This document shows positions 10,607 through 21,800 of a DNA stretch of 64,000 bases, one piece after another. A model generated the notes under the pieces. It searched no databases. It saw only the letters and a program-made list of their open reading frames with translations, and had not been told where the DNA came from. The DNA is taken from NCBI GenBank assembly GCA_963786255.1, contig CAWAYY010000013.1, positions 198,767 through 262,766 of the forward strand. The letters are read 5' to 3'. Numbering within the stretch: the first letter of the stretch is position 1; every line of letters begins with the position of its first letter. Source of the stretch: Pirellulales bacterium (GTDB taxonomy: Bacteria; Planctomycetota; Planctomycetia; Pirellulales; JAICIG01). The position numbers and the translations under genes were made by a program.

Positions 10607-12229
10607 ATGTCGGAAGTTGGCGGAGGAAATATGTCCCGGGACGAGCCCCAGGGGGCGGAGCACGAAGAAGGGGAGTGGCTGCGCGTCACGCTGTCCAGCA
10701 TTGGCGACGCGGTGATCACCACCGATACGCAGGGCGCCATTACGTTCATGAATCCCGTGGCGGAGGCAGTGACCGGCTGGCCGTTGGGCGAGGCCGCAGG
10801 CGCCGCTCTGGAAACCGTGTTCCGGATTGTCAATGAGGAGACTCGGCGGACGGTTGAAAGCCCGGCCGTCAAAGCCTTGCGAGAAGGAGTGGTCGTCGGC
10901 CTGGCGAACCACACGCTGCTGATCTCGCGAGACGGGACGGAGCGACCGATTGACGACGGCGCTGCGCCGATCCGCAACGCCCGCGGAGAGGTGGCCGGCG
11001 TCGTGTTGGTGTTCCGCGACGTAACGGAACGGCGCAACGCGGAGCGGGCCCTGCAGGAGAGCGAGGAGCGGTTCCGGCTGCTGGTGGAAGGCACTCACGA
11101 TTACGCCATTTTCATGCTCGACCCGGACGGCAACGTCGCCACCTGGAACACCGGCGCGGAACGGATCAAGGGTTATCGGGCCGAGGAAATCATCGGCAAG
11201 CACTTTTCCAGCTTCTACCCGGCGGAAGCCCTCGAAAGCGGCTGGCCTCAGGAAGAGTTGCGAAGAGCGATGGCACAAGGCCGCTTCGAAGACGAGGGCT
11301 GGCGAGTCCGCAGGGACGGTTCGCAGTTCTGGGCCAACGTGATCATCACGGCGCTGAAAGACGAAAACGGAAACATCCGAGGGTTCTCCAAGATCACTCG
11401 CGATCTGACCGAACGGCGGCAACTGGAACGAGCCAAGCTGCACGCCGAGGTGATGTCGGATCTCAGCCGCCGCAAGGACGAGTTTCTGGCAATGCTGTCG
11501 CACGAGTTGCGCAATCCCCTGTCTCCGATCCTGAATGCCGTTGAGATGCTGCGCCTGCAGCAGAGCGACGACCCGATCCAGGAGCAGGCCCGAGCCATCA
11601 TCAAACGCCAGGCGGTAAAGTTGACGCGACTGGTCGACGATCTGCTGGAAGTGTCGCGCATCACGACGGGAAGAATCCGGCTTCAGCGGGAGCCTGTCGA
11701 TCTGCGAAGCGTCGTCGAACGGTCCGTGGAAAGCCAGCACGCGCTGATATCGCAGCGCAAGCACGAACTGTCCGTGTCGCTTCCTGAGGAACCCGTGTGG
11801 GTCTTTGCCGACTCGACTCGTATGGAGCAGGTCGTCGTCAACATGCTTGCCAATTCGATCAAGTATACGGACGAAGGGGGCCGCATCTGGGCGACGGTCG
11901 AGTGCGACGGTTCGGAGGCATTGCTGCGCGTGCGAGACACGGGCGTAGGGATTGCTTCCGACTTGCTGCCCGGCATCTTCGATCTTTTCACTCAGGCCGC
12001 TCGCTCCTTGGACCGCTCGCAAGGAGGTTTGGGGGTCGGCCTGACCGTGGTGCATCGCGTCGTGACCCTGCATGGCGGGACGGTCGAGGCGTTCAGCGAA
12101 GGGCTGGGACGCGGGAGCGAGTTCACCGTCAAACTGCCCATGACGTCGCCGCCCACGACGGCCTCTGACCAGCGGGACCGGCCGGCGAGCGCTGCCGGCG
12201 CGCTCGCTGCGCGTGCTCGTGGTGGATGA
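10607..12229 (+). CDS. PAS-domain sensor histidine kinase
   Basis: 540-aa ORF with two PAS-like segments (SIGDAVITTD..., ERFRLLVEGTHDYAIFMLDPDGNVATWN). H-box LSHELRNPLSPI, HATPase (RVRDTGVGI, GGLGVGLTVV). Confidence 0.85.
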   Translation: MSEVGGGNMSRDEPQGAEHEEGEWLRVTLSSIGDAVITTDTQGAITFMNPVAEAVTGWPLGEAAGAALETVFRIVNEETRRTVESPAVKALREGVVVGLANHTLLISRDGTERPIDDGAAPIRNARGEVAGVVLVFRDVTERRNAERALQESEERFRLLVEGTHDYAIFMLDPDGNVATWNTGAERIKGYRAEEIIGKHFSSFYPAEALESGWPQEELRRAMAQGRFEDEGWRVRRDGSQFWANVIITALKDENGNIRGFSKITRDLTERRQLERAKLHAEVMSDLSRRKDEFLAMLSHELRNPLSPILNAVEMLRLQQSDDPIQEQARAIIKRQAVKLTRLVDDLLEVSRITTGRIRLQREPVDLRSVVERSVESQHALISQRKHELSVSLPEEPVWVFADSTRMEQVVVNMLANSIKYTDEGGRIWATVECDGSEALLRVRDTGVGIASDLLPGIFDLFTQAARSLDRSQGGLGVGLTVVHRVVTLHGGTVEAFSEGLGRGSEFTVKLPMTSPPTTASDQRDRPASAAGALAARARGG

Positions 12230-12578
12230 CAATCAGGATACGGCCGACAGCGCCGCATTGCTGTTGCGCCGCTCCGGGCACGACGTGCGAACGGCGTATT
12301 CCGGCGACGTGGTTTTGGCTGAGGCCTTGACTTTTCGCCCCGATGCAGTCTTGCTCGATCTCGGCTTGCCGGAGGCGGACGGATACGAGGTCGCCCGGCG
12401 GCTGCGAAACGACCCCGACTGCAAGCACGTGGCGTTGATTGCCGTCAGCGGCTATGGGCAAGAACGCGACCGGCAACGTTCTCGAGAGGCGGGATTCGAC
12501 GCACACCTGACCAAGCCGGTCGACATTCAGAAAGTAGAAGAAATGCTGGCGGCCCTGACGAAGCAACAGCGCCGATAG
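12213..12578 (+). CDS. response-regulator receiver domain (stand-alone or C-terminal REC of the preceding kinase)
   Basis: VLVVDDNQDTAD...LLDLGLPEADGYEV...AVSGYGQERDRQRSREAGFDAHLTKP. The first codon is GTG (12213). This frame stays open upstream (..RSLRV..), overlapping the kinase stop at 12227-12229. Confidence 0.8.
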   Translation: MLVVDDNQDTADSAALLLRRSGHDVRTAYSGDVVLAEALTFRPDAVLLDLGLPEADGYEVARRLRNDPDCKHVALIAVSGYGQERDRQRSREAGFDAHLTKPVDIQKVEEMLAALTKQQRR

Positions 12579-12610
12579 TTCTGCGGCCTCGCACGCGTTG
12601 AGCGCCGCTT

Positions 12611-12632
12611 GCGCCTCGGGACGGCGAGGCGC
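12611..12632. terminator. GC-rich hairpin between convergent genes
   Basis: GCGCCTCG (12611-12618) pairs with CGAGGCGC (12625-12632). It lies between the receiver stop (12578) and the DUF1501 stop (12736). No T-tract. Confidence 0.25.
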
Positions 12633-12735
12633 CGGCAATCGTAGAGCGAGCCTCTCGATTGCCCGCGAAGCAGTAGCGGTTGGGAGCCGCGCAAGCGGGG
12701 ACGCCTGGCTACGGTGCTTGCGAGAGACCGCCGAC

Positions 12736-14232
12736 TCAGGCGAAGATTTCCCTGATCGGCTCGCCGAAGTCGATTTCCAGCCGTTTGCGGCCAGGGATTT
12801 CCAGACGCCGGTTATCGAGGCCGAGCAGGTGCAATACGGTGGCGTGCAGGTCGGTGACGTAGTGGCCTTCGTCCAGCGCGTGATAACCCAGCTCGTCGGT
12901 GGCGCCGTGGACGCACCCTCGTTTCAAGCCGGCGCCCGCCATCCAGATGGTGAAGCCGTTGGGATGATGATCGCGCCCGTCTTTGCCGCCGCCGCGCAGT
13001 TCCAGTCCGGGCGTGCGGCCGAATTCCGTGCAGAAGACCACCACCACTTCGTCCAGCAGTCCGCGCTGCTTCAAGTCGCGAATCAAGCCGGCGATCGGCA
13101 GATCGATCGTGTTGCAAAGCCGGGCGTGATTCTCCTGCAGCTTGCGATGCGAATCCCAAACGCCGTATGCCGACGGGAAAACCTGCACGAACCGCACTCC
13201 CCGTTCGACCAACCGGCGGGCGGCCAGCAAGCGTTGGCCGGCGAGCTTCGTGGCTTCGTTGTCCAAACCGTAGAGTTGCCGCGTGGCGGAAGTCTCTTGG
13301 GCGAAATCGATCGCCTCCGGAACGGCCGCCTGCATGCGGTAGGCAAGTTCGTACGCGCGAATCCGGGCTCGCAGTTCCTGATCTTCCGGATACTCCGCCG
13401 CCGCCAGGCCGTTTAGCTTGCCGATCAACTCGAACTCGCGCTGTTGCTCCTCTGCCGTCTGTTTGGCCGGCCGCCGGCCGAAGGGGAGCGGATTCGCCGG
13501 ATCGAGCGCGAACGGCACGCCCGCGTACTGCGGCCCCAGGTAGTACGAGTCGATCGACTGCCGCGTGTCGGAACGCGTCGGGCCGCCCAGCACCACGAAC
13601 TTGGGCAGGTTGTCGTTGAACGAACCGAGCCCGTAGTTCGCCCACGACCCGATGCTGGGCTGCGGCTCGTCCAGGCGGTGCCGGCCGGTGTGAATCTGGT
13701 TCTCGGCGGCGTGGTCGTTGTCGGTCGTCCACATGTTGCGGACGAAACACAGATCGTCGACGCATCCGGCAAGATGCGGCCACCAGTCGGTGATCTCGAC
13801 GCCGGTCTCGCCATACTGCTTCCAGCCGACCTGGATCGGATAGATCGTCGGATAGACGTCGCGAATGTTGATTTCCTCGGCGGCCACCGAACGAAATCGC
13901 TTCTTGTGCAGCGGCGAATGGATCGGATTCTCGAACGGGGTCTTGTCAAAGGTCATGCCCTGATATTTATTCAGGGCCGGCTTCGGATCGAACGTTTCGA
14001 GGTGGCTGTACCCGCCGGACAGGAAGACCCAGATCACTGATTTCGCGCGGGGAGGAACGTGCATTCTCCCCGCCGGCGCTTGCAACGTGGGTTCTGCGGC
14101 GCGAACGATGCCGTCGTCGGCCAGCATGGCGCCGAGAGCCAATCCGGTGAAACCCAGGCCGAAATCCGAGAGGAACGCGCGGCGCGGAAGACGCCCGCAG
14201 CATTCGTCGCGGTCGTGGATTCGTTCGGTCAT
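12736..14232 (-). CDS. DUF1501 domain protein (sulfatase-fold, Tat-like signal)
   Basis: Intact. Start at internal ATG 14232 (MTERIHDRDECCGRLPRRAFLSDFGLGFTGLALGAML). Typical DUF1501 blocks: VIWVFLSGGYSHLETFDPKP, FCTEFGRTPG, GRDHHPNGFTIWMAGAG. 17 nt downstream of the DUF1553 gene stop, the usual planctomycete pairing. Confidence 0.9.
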   Translation of the reverse strand: MTERIHDRDECCGRLPRRAFLSDFGLGFTGLALGAMLADDGIVRAAEPTLQAPAGRMHVPPRAKSVIWVFLSGGYSHLETFDPKPALNKYQGMTFDKTPFENPIHSPLHKKRFRSVAAEEINIRDVYPTIYPIQVGWKQYGETGVEITDWWPHLAGCVDDLCFVRNMWTTDNDHAAENQIHTGRHRLDEPQPSIGSWANYGLGSFNDNLPKFVVLGGPTRSDTRQSIDSYYLGPQYAGVPFALDPANPLPFGRRPAKQTAEEQQREFELIGKLNGLAAAEYPEDQELRARIRAYELAYRMQAAVPEAIDFAQETSATRQLYGLDNEATKLAGQRLLAARRLVERGVRFVQVFPSAYGVWDSHRKLQENHARLCNTIDLPIAGLIRDLKQRGLLDEVVVVFCTEFGRTPGLELRGGGKDGRDHHPNGFTIWMAGAGLKRGCVHGATDELGYHALDEGHYVTDLHATVLHLLGLDNRRLEIPGRKRLEIDFGEPIREIFA

Positions 14233-14248
14233 GGCGCGTCTCCGACGG

Positions 14249-17200
14249 TCAGCGGATGGAAACGAAGTCATTATGGTTGAGCAGTGCGCGGACCAGCCCC
14301 TCGCGGCGTCGGGCTGCATCTTGACCATTCGAGCCGTTTGCCGGCGCTTCAAGAAACGCCGCACACGCCCGGGATTCCGCCGCGCTGCGGCGCACGCGCG
14401 AGAATCTGCTCGAACGCGGCCATGATGAAGATCTGCCGATCAGCTTGTTGTTCGGGCGGCAGTTGTCGCTGCAAAAGCTCAGCCAAGTGGCCGCTCATCT
14501 CGTGGACCAAGTCGCTGTTGGTCAGCGCCAGGGCCTGTTGCGGCACGACGCTGCGCGTGCGGCGATAACAATCGGCCGGTTCGGGAGCATCGAACAAGGC
14601 GCCGAGCGGATTCTTGCCGTCGATCTTCGGGTTGGCAACTGTAATACAGCGTGCGGCGGTACGTGGTCAGCGCTTCGCTGTTCTCGAGTTCCTGGCCGCC
14701 CATCGCAAAGTCGAGCTTGCCGGCCACGTAGAGCACGCTGTCTCGTACGGCCTCGGCTTCCATGCGGCCGACATTCATCCGCCACACAGCTTGTTTTCCG
14801 GATCGCTCGCGTAACGGGCCGCGTCTCCGATCGAAGAGACGCGCCGGTACGCCTGGCTGGTCGTCAGCAGGCGGTGGATGTGCTTCATGCTCCAGCCCGA
14901 TTCCATGAACTCGACCGCCAGCCAATCCAGCAGTTCCGGATGCGTCAGGCCGGGCGCCATTGCGGCCAAAATCGAAGACGCTCGAGACCAGCGGCGAATG
15001 GAAGTGCCGCAGCCAGATATGATTGACGGCCACCCGGGCCGCGAGCGGGTTTTCGCGGCTCGTCATCCACAGTGCCAACGCTCGGCGCCGGCCCGTGCTG
15101 GTCGTCGGGTAGGTGGGGCCGACGCTCGGATACGTCGTCGCCAAGGCCGGATCGGCGAACGCCGCCTGGGCGATTGTCAAAGCCTCGCGGGCGGCCGCAA
15201 GCTGCTTACTGGCCGCGGCCATTTCTTTGGCCCGATTGGCGTCGCTTGCTGGCTTTGTTTCGGCGGCCGCCAGTGCCTGGTCGTGCGTCAATACGTCCGC
15301 CTCGGCGCGTTTGACGGCCGCTTCGCGATGCCGCTGGCTAGCGACGCGGGAGAGCGCATCGGAGTCGGTATTCGGCGCGGCGTCCATTTCGCTCGGTCTG
15401 CGGCGACGCGGGCTTCGATGCCCGCCATCTCTGCCGCGGCCGCGGCGAGCTTGGCTTCAGCCGCGGCGAGGCGGAGTTCTTGTGCGGCGACCGCACGTTG
15501 TGCTGCGCGGCGTTTTTCCGCAGCAGCGGTCGAGGCGTCGTCGCCAAAAGCGGTTGCAACGACCGACGTGGCGCCCGCCTGGCTGAATGGCGAGATCTCC
15601 CAGCCTTCGATCCCCGCAAGGTCTTGTTGCTCCGCGTAGGCAGGCGGTTCGAAGGTGAACTGTGCGAGGCAATCGGCCTGACCGTCTGCGCTGTCGGGGC
15701 CGAGAATTCTTACAACGTCGATGGCCGCGACGACGCCCGTGCGAGCATCGAAGGAGATCCCTTTCTCCGCATCGCCGACCGGGTTCCAGCCGTTCAGAGC
15801 CACCGGCGTCTTGTCGACCAATAACTTGTCGTCGTTGAGCGAACGGACCGTCAGCAAACAGCGATCAGCCTCGGCTTCCAGCTTCAGCGTCGCCTCGAAA
15901 TGCGCTTGCCCGCCCGCGAAGTCGTAGGCGCCGGCTTGAAACTCCGCATGGCCGCCGGGGCGGTACGCCAGGATGCGTCCCTGGTCGAAAGCGACGAATG
16001 CCGCCGTGAGTCCCTGAACCAAGTCCCGGGCGAGTTGGAAATTGACGTGCGCAGTCTTTCAGGATTCGCAATTGAAACGAGAGCGTGGCGCCGGACTCAA
16101 GCGACTTGAGCATCGCCAGCGGGTTCTGGACCGCGCGTCGCCCGGTCGTCGCGTTCAACAAGAGCGACTGCTTGCCCTCGATTGCTCCGGAACGGCCGCT
16201 TGCCATGGCGGCTCGCGTTGCCTGCGCGAACGCTTGTTCGGCTGCGGTCCAATGCTCGCGCAGCGGAGGCAGCGCCTTCTCGACTTCGCCGCGCGCGGCC
16301 GCCAGTTGTTTTTCGGCGGCGGCAATCTCGGCCCGTTGATCGGAAAGATAGGCGTCCAGAATCTCGGACCGCAGCGCGGGATAGAACGCTTGCCATGAGA
16401 GCGAGACGGGCTCGATCTTGACCGAGTCGCCGCCCAGGAAGGCGGGCAGCGCGGGCGTCATCGTGCCGCGGCTTGTCACCCGGTTCCGCTCGTCGCCGCC
16501 GGTATAGAACCACGTGGGCGCCTCCGGATTCTTGTCGTAGACCTGGACGGCGCCGAGGCGCTGGATCTTGCGGAGCACGCCGCTTTCGTATTGCTGGAAA
16601 GGGCCGGGATCGGCTTCACCCGCAACGCGGTCCTGCCGAATGTTGATCGGCTCGAAAAAGGCTCGCAAACGGAAGTAGTCGTCTTGCGTGATCGGGTCGT
16701 ACTTGTGATCGTGGCAGTGCGCGCAATGGAATGTCAGACCCAGGAACGCCTTGCTCGCATGCTCCACGTTGGCTCGCATCCAGTCGTTCGGATTGAGCGC
16801 GTACCAGTTGCGAATCAGATAGCCGGTCGCGACGGCGGCGCGCCGGATCGTCGGGCGCCAGTCTCGTCGGCGGCCAGCATTGCTCGCACCATCTGGTCGT
16901 AGCCGTGATCTTCGTTGAGCGAACGCACGATCCAGTCCCGCCAGCGCCAAATTTGCGGAGCGCTGTTCCACACGTCTGGCACATGGCGTCGCCCGTACCA
17001 GTCGGAGTAGCGCCATACGTCCATCCAATGCCGCCCCCAGCGCTCGCCATAGCGCGGATCGGTCAGCAAGCGGTCGACAATGGATTCGTATGCATCGGGA
17101 GAACTGTCGGCGAGAAACGCGTGCAGTTCCGCTCGCGTGGGCGGCAGCCCGATCAGGTCGAGATAAACTCGCCGCAGCAACGTCGCTTTGTCGGCTTGCG

Positions 17201-17750
17201 GGCGGGGCGCGAGACCGGCAGCTTTGAGTCTTGCCGCGAGGAACGCATCGACGGGATGCGCGGACGATGCGCCGCCGGCATTGCGGGGAAGCGGCGGACG
17301 CAGGGGCGGTTTGAAAGCCCAGTGCTCTCGCGGGTCAGCTTCAGGCGGCTCGTCCGGAGCGGCCTGCGCTCCTTGTTCAATCCAGCGCCGTATGCGCTCC
17401 GCCTCATCCGGCGTCAAAGGCTCGCCTTCGGGCGGCATGCGCGTCGCTGCGTCGGGCGCCGTGATCCGCTCAATCAGCGGGCTTTCGTCGGGCCGACCTG
17501 CGACGATCGCCGGTCCGCCGTCGCCCCCCTGCCGCATCATTGCCGCCGTATCGAGCCTTAAATTGCCTTCTTGTTTCAGCGCCCCATGGCAGGCGAAACA
17601 ACGCTGTTTGAAGATCGGCTTGACGTCTCGCAGATATTCCGCGCGTTTTGCAGGCGTCACGTCTTGCGCCTCGAGCGGAGCGGTTGCGACGGCGGCCGCC
17701 GCAAAAGCCGCGAGGAACTTGAAACGCCGCAATAGAAGGCTGCCATTCAT
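14249..17750 (-). pseudogene. PSCyt1/DUF1549/DUF1553 (planctomycete cytochrome-C-domain) protein, at least 7 frame breaks
   Basis: Signal peptide plus CFACHG heme motif, then DUF1549 (YLDLIGLPPTRAEL, RYGERWGRHWMDVWRYSD) in ORF 16815-17792. CAHCHDHKYDPITQDDYF in ORF 15865-17028. Coiled-coil middle in ORFs 15288-16022 and 14479-15387. DUF1553 blocks ([23 protein letters not shown]) in further frames. Typical terminus LVRALLNHNDFVSIR* ends at 14249. Confidence 0.85.
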
Positions 17751-17840
17751 ATCGCCATGCAATACACAAGAAATAGCGCGGAATGTCAACAAAATTGCTC
17801 GCTGCGCGAACGGCCCGGATTGTTAATGATCCGGGAGTAA

Positions 17841-18118
17841 AAACCGCTAATCGACGCTGATCTGCACTCATAGGCGACGGGGGACCGCTGATTAGCGAAG
17901 ATCAGCGGAGATAAGCGGTTTAATAGTTGCTTGGCCGAGCGTGCTCGCTCCCTGAATTCATTTTTTTCAGGGAAGCTTATTCGCGGCCCCAGGCTTGTCG
18001 GCTGGCCGGACAAACGCGTAGGCTATGACGCCAGAAGACGAACCGCTGATCAAGCGCGATCTCTCCTGATTGGCGAACATCAGCGAAGATTAGTGGTTCT
18101 CTCCAGATGAGCGGAGAG
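17841..18118. repeat. divergent intergenic region with repeated CTGAT-N8-ATCAG palindromes and GATTAGCGG words
   Basis: TGATTAGCGAAGATCAGCG (17889-17907) versus TGATTGGCGAACATCAGCG (18067-18085), 17/19 identical. 8-bp arms CCGCTGAT/ATCAGCGG at 17885-17908. CCGCTAATC, CCGCTGATC and GATTAGTGG variants at 17845, 18043 and 18088. Extra hairpins at 17950-17972 and 18099-18118. Confidence 0.4.
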
Positions 18119-18138
18119 GGCGAATATCGAGGTGCTGT

Positions 18139-18828
18139 ATGAATCCTGAAAAAGCGTTGGATTACGAACCGGGCGTGCTGCGCTCATTGCAAACCAAGGA
18201 GCAGACCAAGGCGTTCTACAACAAGATCGCCAAAGTCTACGATTTGCTGTCGGAAGAGTCCGAAAAGCCGATGCGGGAGTCCGGGCTGAAGAAGTTGGCC
18301 CCTCAACCGGGCGAACGCATGCTGGAGATCGGGTTCGGCACCGGGCATAGCCTTGCCGAGATTGCCAGGGCCGTCGGCCCTGACGGGAAGGTCTTGGGCA
18401 TCGATCTCTCCGATCAAATGGTCGAGCACGCCCAAAAGCTGTTCGAACAAGAGGGGCTGGCCGACCGCGCGGAGCTGACGTGCGGAGATGCGACGCGTCT
18501 GCCGTACGAGTCGGACAGCCTCGACGGCATCTTCTTCAGCTTTACCCTGGAGTTGTTCGACACGCCGGAGATTCCGCAGGTACTGGCCGAGTGCAAACGC
18601 ACGCTGAAGTCGGGCGGCCGGATCGTGGTGGTCGCCGTATCAAAACAAGGCAAGGAAGGCATGATGCGCCGGGCGTTCGAGTGGATGCATCAGCACTTTC
18701 CCAACCTGATGGACTGCCGACCGATTTACGTGCGCGCAGCCCTCGAGGCCGCCGGCTTCAACGTCAAGGAAGCCGAAGTCGAAAGCATGTGGGTTCCGGT
18801 GGAGATTGTGCTGGCCGTGAAGCCGTGA
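18139..18828 (+). CDS. class I SAM-dependent methyltransferase
   Basis: Intact 229-aa ORF, ATG start. Motif I LEIGFGTGHSL, post-I LGIDLS, motif II-like CGDATRLPYESDSLDGIF, LKSGGRIVVV. Confidence 0.85.
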   Translation: MNPEKALDYEPGVLRSLQTKEQTKAFYNKIAKVYDLLSEESEKPMRESGLKKLAPQPGERMLEIGFGTGHSLAEIARAVGPDGKVLGIDLSDQMVEHAQKLFEQEGLADRAELTCGDATRLPYESDSLDGIFFSFTLELFDTPEIPQVLAECKRTLKSGGRIVVVAVSKQGKEGMMRRAFEWMHQHFPNLMDCRPIYVRAALEAAGFNVKEAEVESMWVPVEIVLAVKP

Positions 18829-18842
18829 CCGCGGCCTACGGC

Positions 18843-21800
18843 TCAGCTCGTGTGCTGCTTGTAGTACTCGGCCGAGCCGGTGAAGCCGGCGATCAGGTCT
18901 TCGTTCGTCTTGCCGGCGGCAAACTGCTTGAGCCAATAGTTCAGGCCGTCGGGATCGGCCGCTCGGTGCAGGTAGTGCATGAAGTCGTCGTTGATCCGGG
19001 CCTGTTCGCGCTCGGGGCTGGTCGTAAAGCCGGCGGCCACGTGGCTCCGCGGATCGCCCGCTGCGAGCTTCGCCGTCCAATAGTCCTCGCCGCTGCTGTC
19101 CGCCGTACGTCCTAAGAGCTGGAGATAGACGGCGTCGATCCACTCGACGTCGGTTCCGCCTGCCTGGGCGTAGAATTCATCGGAGGCGATCAGGTCGGCT
19201 TCGAGCCTTTCATCGGTCAACCCGGCGTGCATCTTGGCGGTCCAGTAGGCTACGCCCGCATCGTCGGCGGCCCGCCCCAGGTACTTCAGATACGCGGGAC
19301 GGATGACGAAGTTGGCGTAATACTCGTCGCTGTGCGCGATCGACTTCGCCACGCCGCTGATCGGCGCCGCCGTTATCAAGTTGCTGCACCCAGTGGGCCA
19401 GGCCGGCGAAATCCGGAGCGCGGCCCAACACGTCGAGATAGACCGCCTGCACGTATCGCTCGTGCGCCGAAGGCGCCGTCGCGATCGTTGCGCTGCCGGT
19501 CAGCGTTATCGTTTGGGTTTCGTCAGAAACGTCGACCTGAAAGGCGAACATTCGGCTTTCGGCATACGCATGGCTGCCGACGACGCTGAACGTGCCGTCG
19601 GCGCCCGTAATCGTACCGGCCGATTTGACGCCGTCGCCCCAGTCGATCGTGGCGGTAAAGTCGCCGGCGACGGCGGCCGGGTTGGCGTCGGAGAACGTGG
19701 CGACGGCGCCGCTGAAGGTCTGCCCCACCACCGCTGAGATGGTCGTGGCCGTTGCGGTCAGCGGCGCGTCGGCGACTTCGGCCGAACTGTGTGCCGTGGC
19801 CGTGCTGCCGCCCGTGTCGGCAATCGCCACGTCAACTTTCAGTTGAGCGGCTTCTGCGGCGTACACGTGCATCCCGCTGACAGTAAACGTGCCGTCGCCC
19901 ACGGTCGTTACGGTTCCGGCGCTCTGCTTGCCGTCCCCCCAGTCGATCGCGGCGGTGAAGTCGCCGGCGACTGCGGCCTGGTTGGCGTCGGAGAACGTCG
20001 CGACCGTCCCGCTGAAGGTCTGTCCTTCCACCGCCGAGATGGTCATGGCGGTTGCGGTCAGCGGCGCGTCGCCGACTTCAGCCGTGCTGTGCGTCGTGGC
20101 CGTGCTGCCGCCCGTATCGGCAATCGCCACGTCAACAGTCAGATGAGAGGCTTCTTCCGCATACAGATGCGATCCGCTGACGGTAAACGTGCCGTCGCCC
20201 GCCGTCGCTACGGCCCCGGCGCTCTGGTTGCCGTCGCCCCAGTCGATCGTGGCGGTAAAGTCCCCGGCGACGGCTGCCGGGTTGGCGTCGGAGAACGTGG
20301 CGACGGCGCCGCTGAAGGTCTGCCCCTCCACGGCATTGATGGTCATGGCCGTTGCGGTCAGCGGCGCATCGGCGACTTCGGCCGAACTGTGCACCGTTAC
20401 GCTGTTGTTAGCGCTGTCGGTAATCGTCACGTCGACTGCCAGATGGGCGGCTTCTTCGGCGTATAGATGCATCCCGCTGATAGTGAACGTGCCGTCGCTC
20501 CCGGCGGTTACGGTCCCGGCGTCCTGCTGGCCGTCGCCCCAATCGATCGTGGCCGTAAAGTCGCTGGACTGGGCGCCCGCGTCGGAGTCAGTGAACGTCG
20601 CCACGGCGCCGCTGAATGAAGCGCCTTCGACCGCCGAAACGGTCGCGGAGACGCCCGACAGCGTTACGCTGGCCGGAACGGCAAAGCTCGGTAGGTTGTG
20701 CACGGCGACGTTCGCCCCGCCGAAGGCGCCGGCGAACAGGTCGGCGCTGGCGCCGAGTTGCGAGATATCCGATGCGCTGAGCTGCGGCGTTGCGGTCGGG
20801 ATTGGTCTGAAACGTCAGTTGCAGCGTGGGCGAGCCGGAGGGATTGAACGGGTCGTAGAGCATCGACGAAGCCGTATCCCACAAATTCGTACCCAGCAGA
20901 CCGTCGATGCCCGGCGCGATATCCAGCACGTAGACCGGCACGTTCGTGAACGCTACTTGGCCGCCGTCGCTGGTCGGCAAATCGAGTTCGTCCAACGTGT
21001 AGCCCGGCACGGTCGTAGTTCCGCCCACGCCCTGCACGTCGATGGTGGTCGTGGGCGTCTGTTGATCGAGCCCCAAGGCGTGCGCGGCCGCGGTGGAGAT
21101 CACCGTGAGCTGGCTGCCGGTGTCCAGCAGGAAGTGCTGCTGGCCGACGCTCAGGCTCTGATCGACCAACTGCACGTCCGGCTGCATCGGGCTGGGCGAA
21201 TTGGTGATGGAATCGCCCGGCGCCGCGTGGTTGTCTTCGCCGAACAGTTGCAGCGGAATGGTGACCGGGTCGGTGGTGACTCCGCTCACGCCCTGCAACG
21301 ACGTGCCCGGCGAGACGAAGTGCAGATCCGGTACCGACAGCGTCAGTCCGGGGATCAGGTCGGAGAAGTCGAGCGTGGCGCCTTGAAAATCGATCTTCGC
21401 CGCCGCGCCATTGGGATCGGCCTGCGAGGGATTCAAGATCGGCGTGCCGGTGATGGTGGGCAGGCTCGGGCTGCCCGAATCGGTTCCGACCATGGCCTGC
21501 ACGTTATCGGCTGCGGCGCCGCCGTCCAGGGAGATGGTGAAGACGGGAAAGCCCTGCGCGTCAAACGACAGTCCGGCGGCATGTATGCCGTCAGCCAGGA
21601 TTTGACCTGGGTCGGAGACATCGCCCGTAATATCGCCGCCAATGCCCGATGCCTGGGCGCCGCCGGCGTTTTTGATCGGAATGCCGGAGGCGAGAAACTG
21701 GAAGAGCGTCTGATCGTCCGGCGAGAAAGTGACCGCCGAGGCGCCGGTATCAAAAATACCGAACGTCGTCCGTGATGCATCGCCGTAGGCTTGCACCGTC

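Noticed and set aside
10550-12232. 560-aa ORF on the minus strand
   Set aside because: Antisense to the PAS histidine kinase, which has clear H-, N- and G-boxes. The translation is Arg-rich with no recognisable domain.
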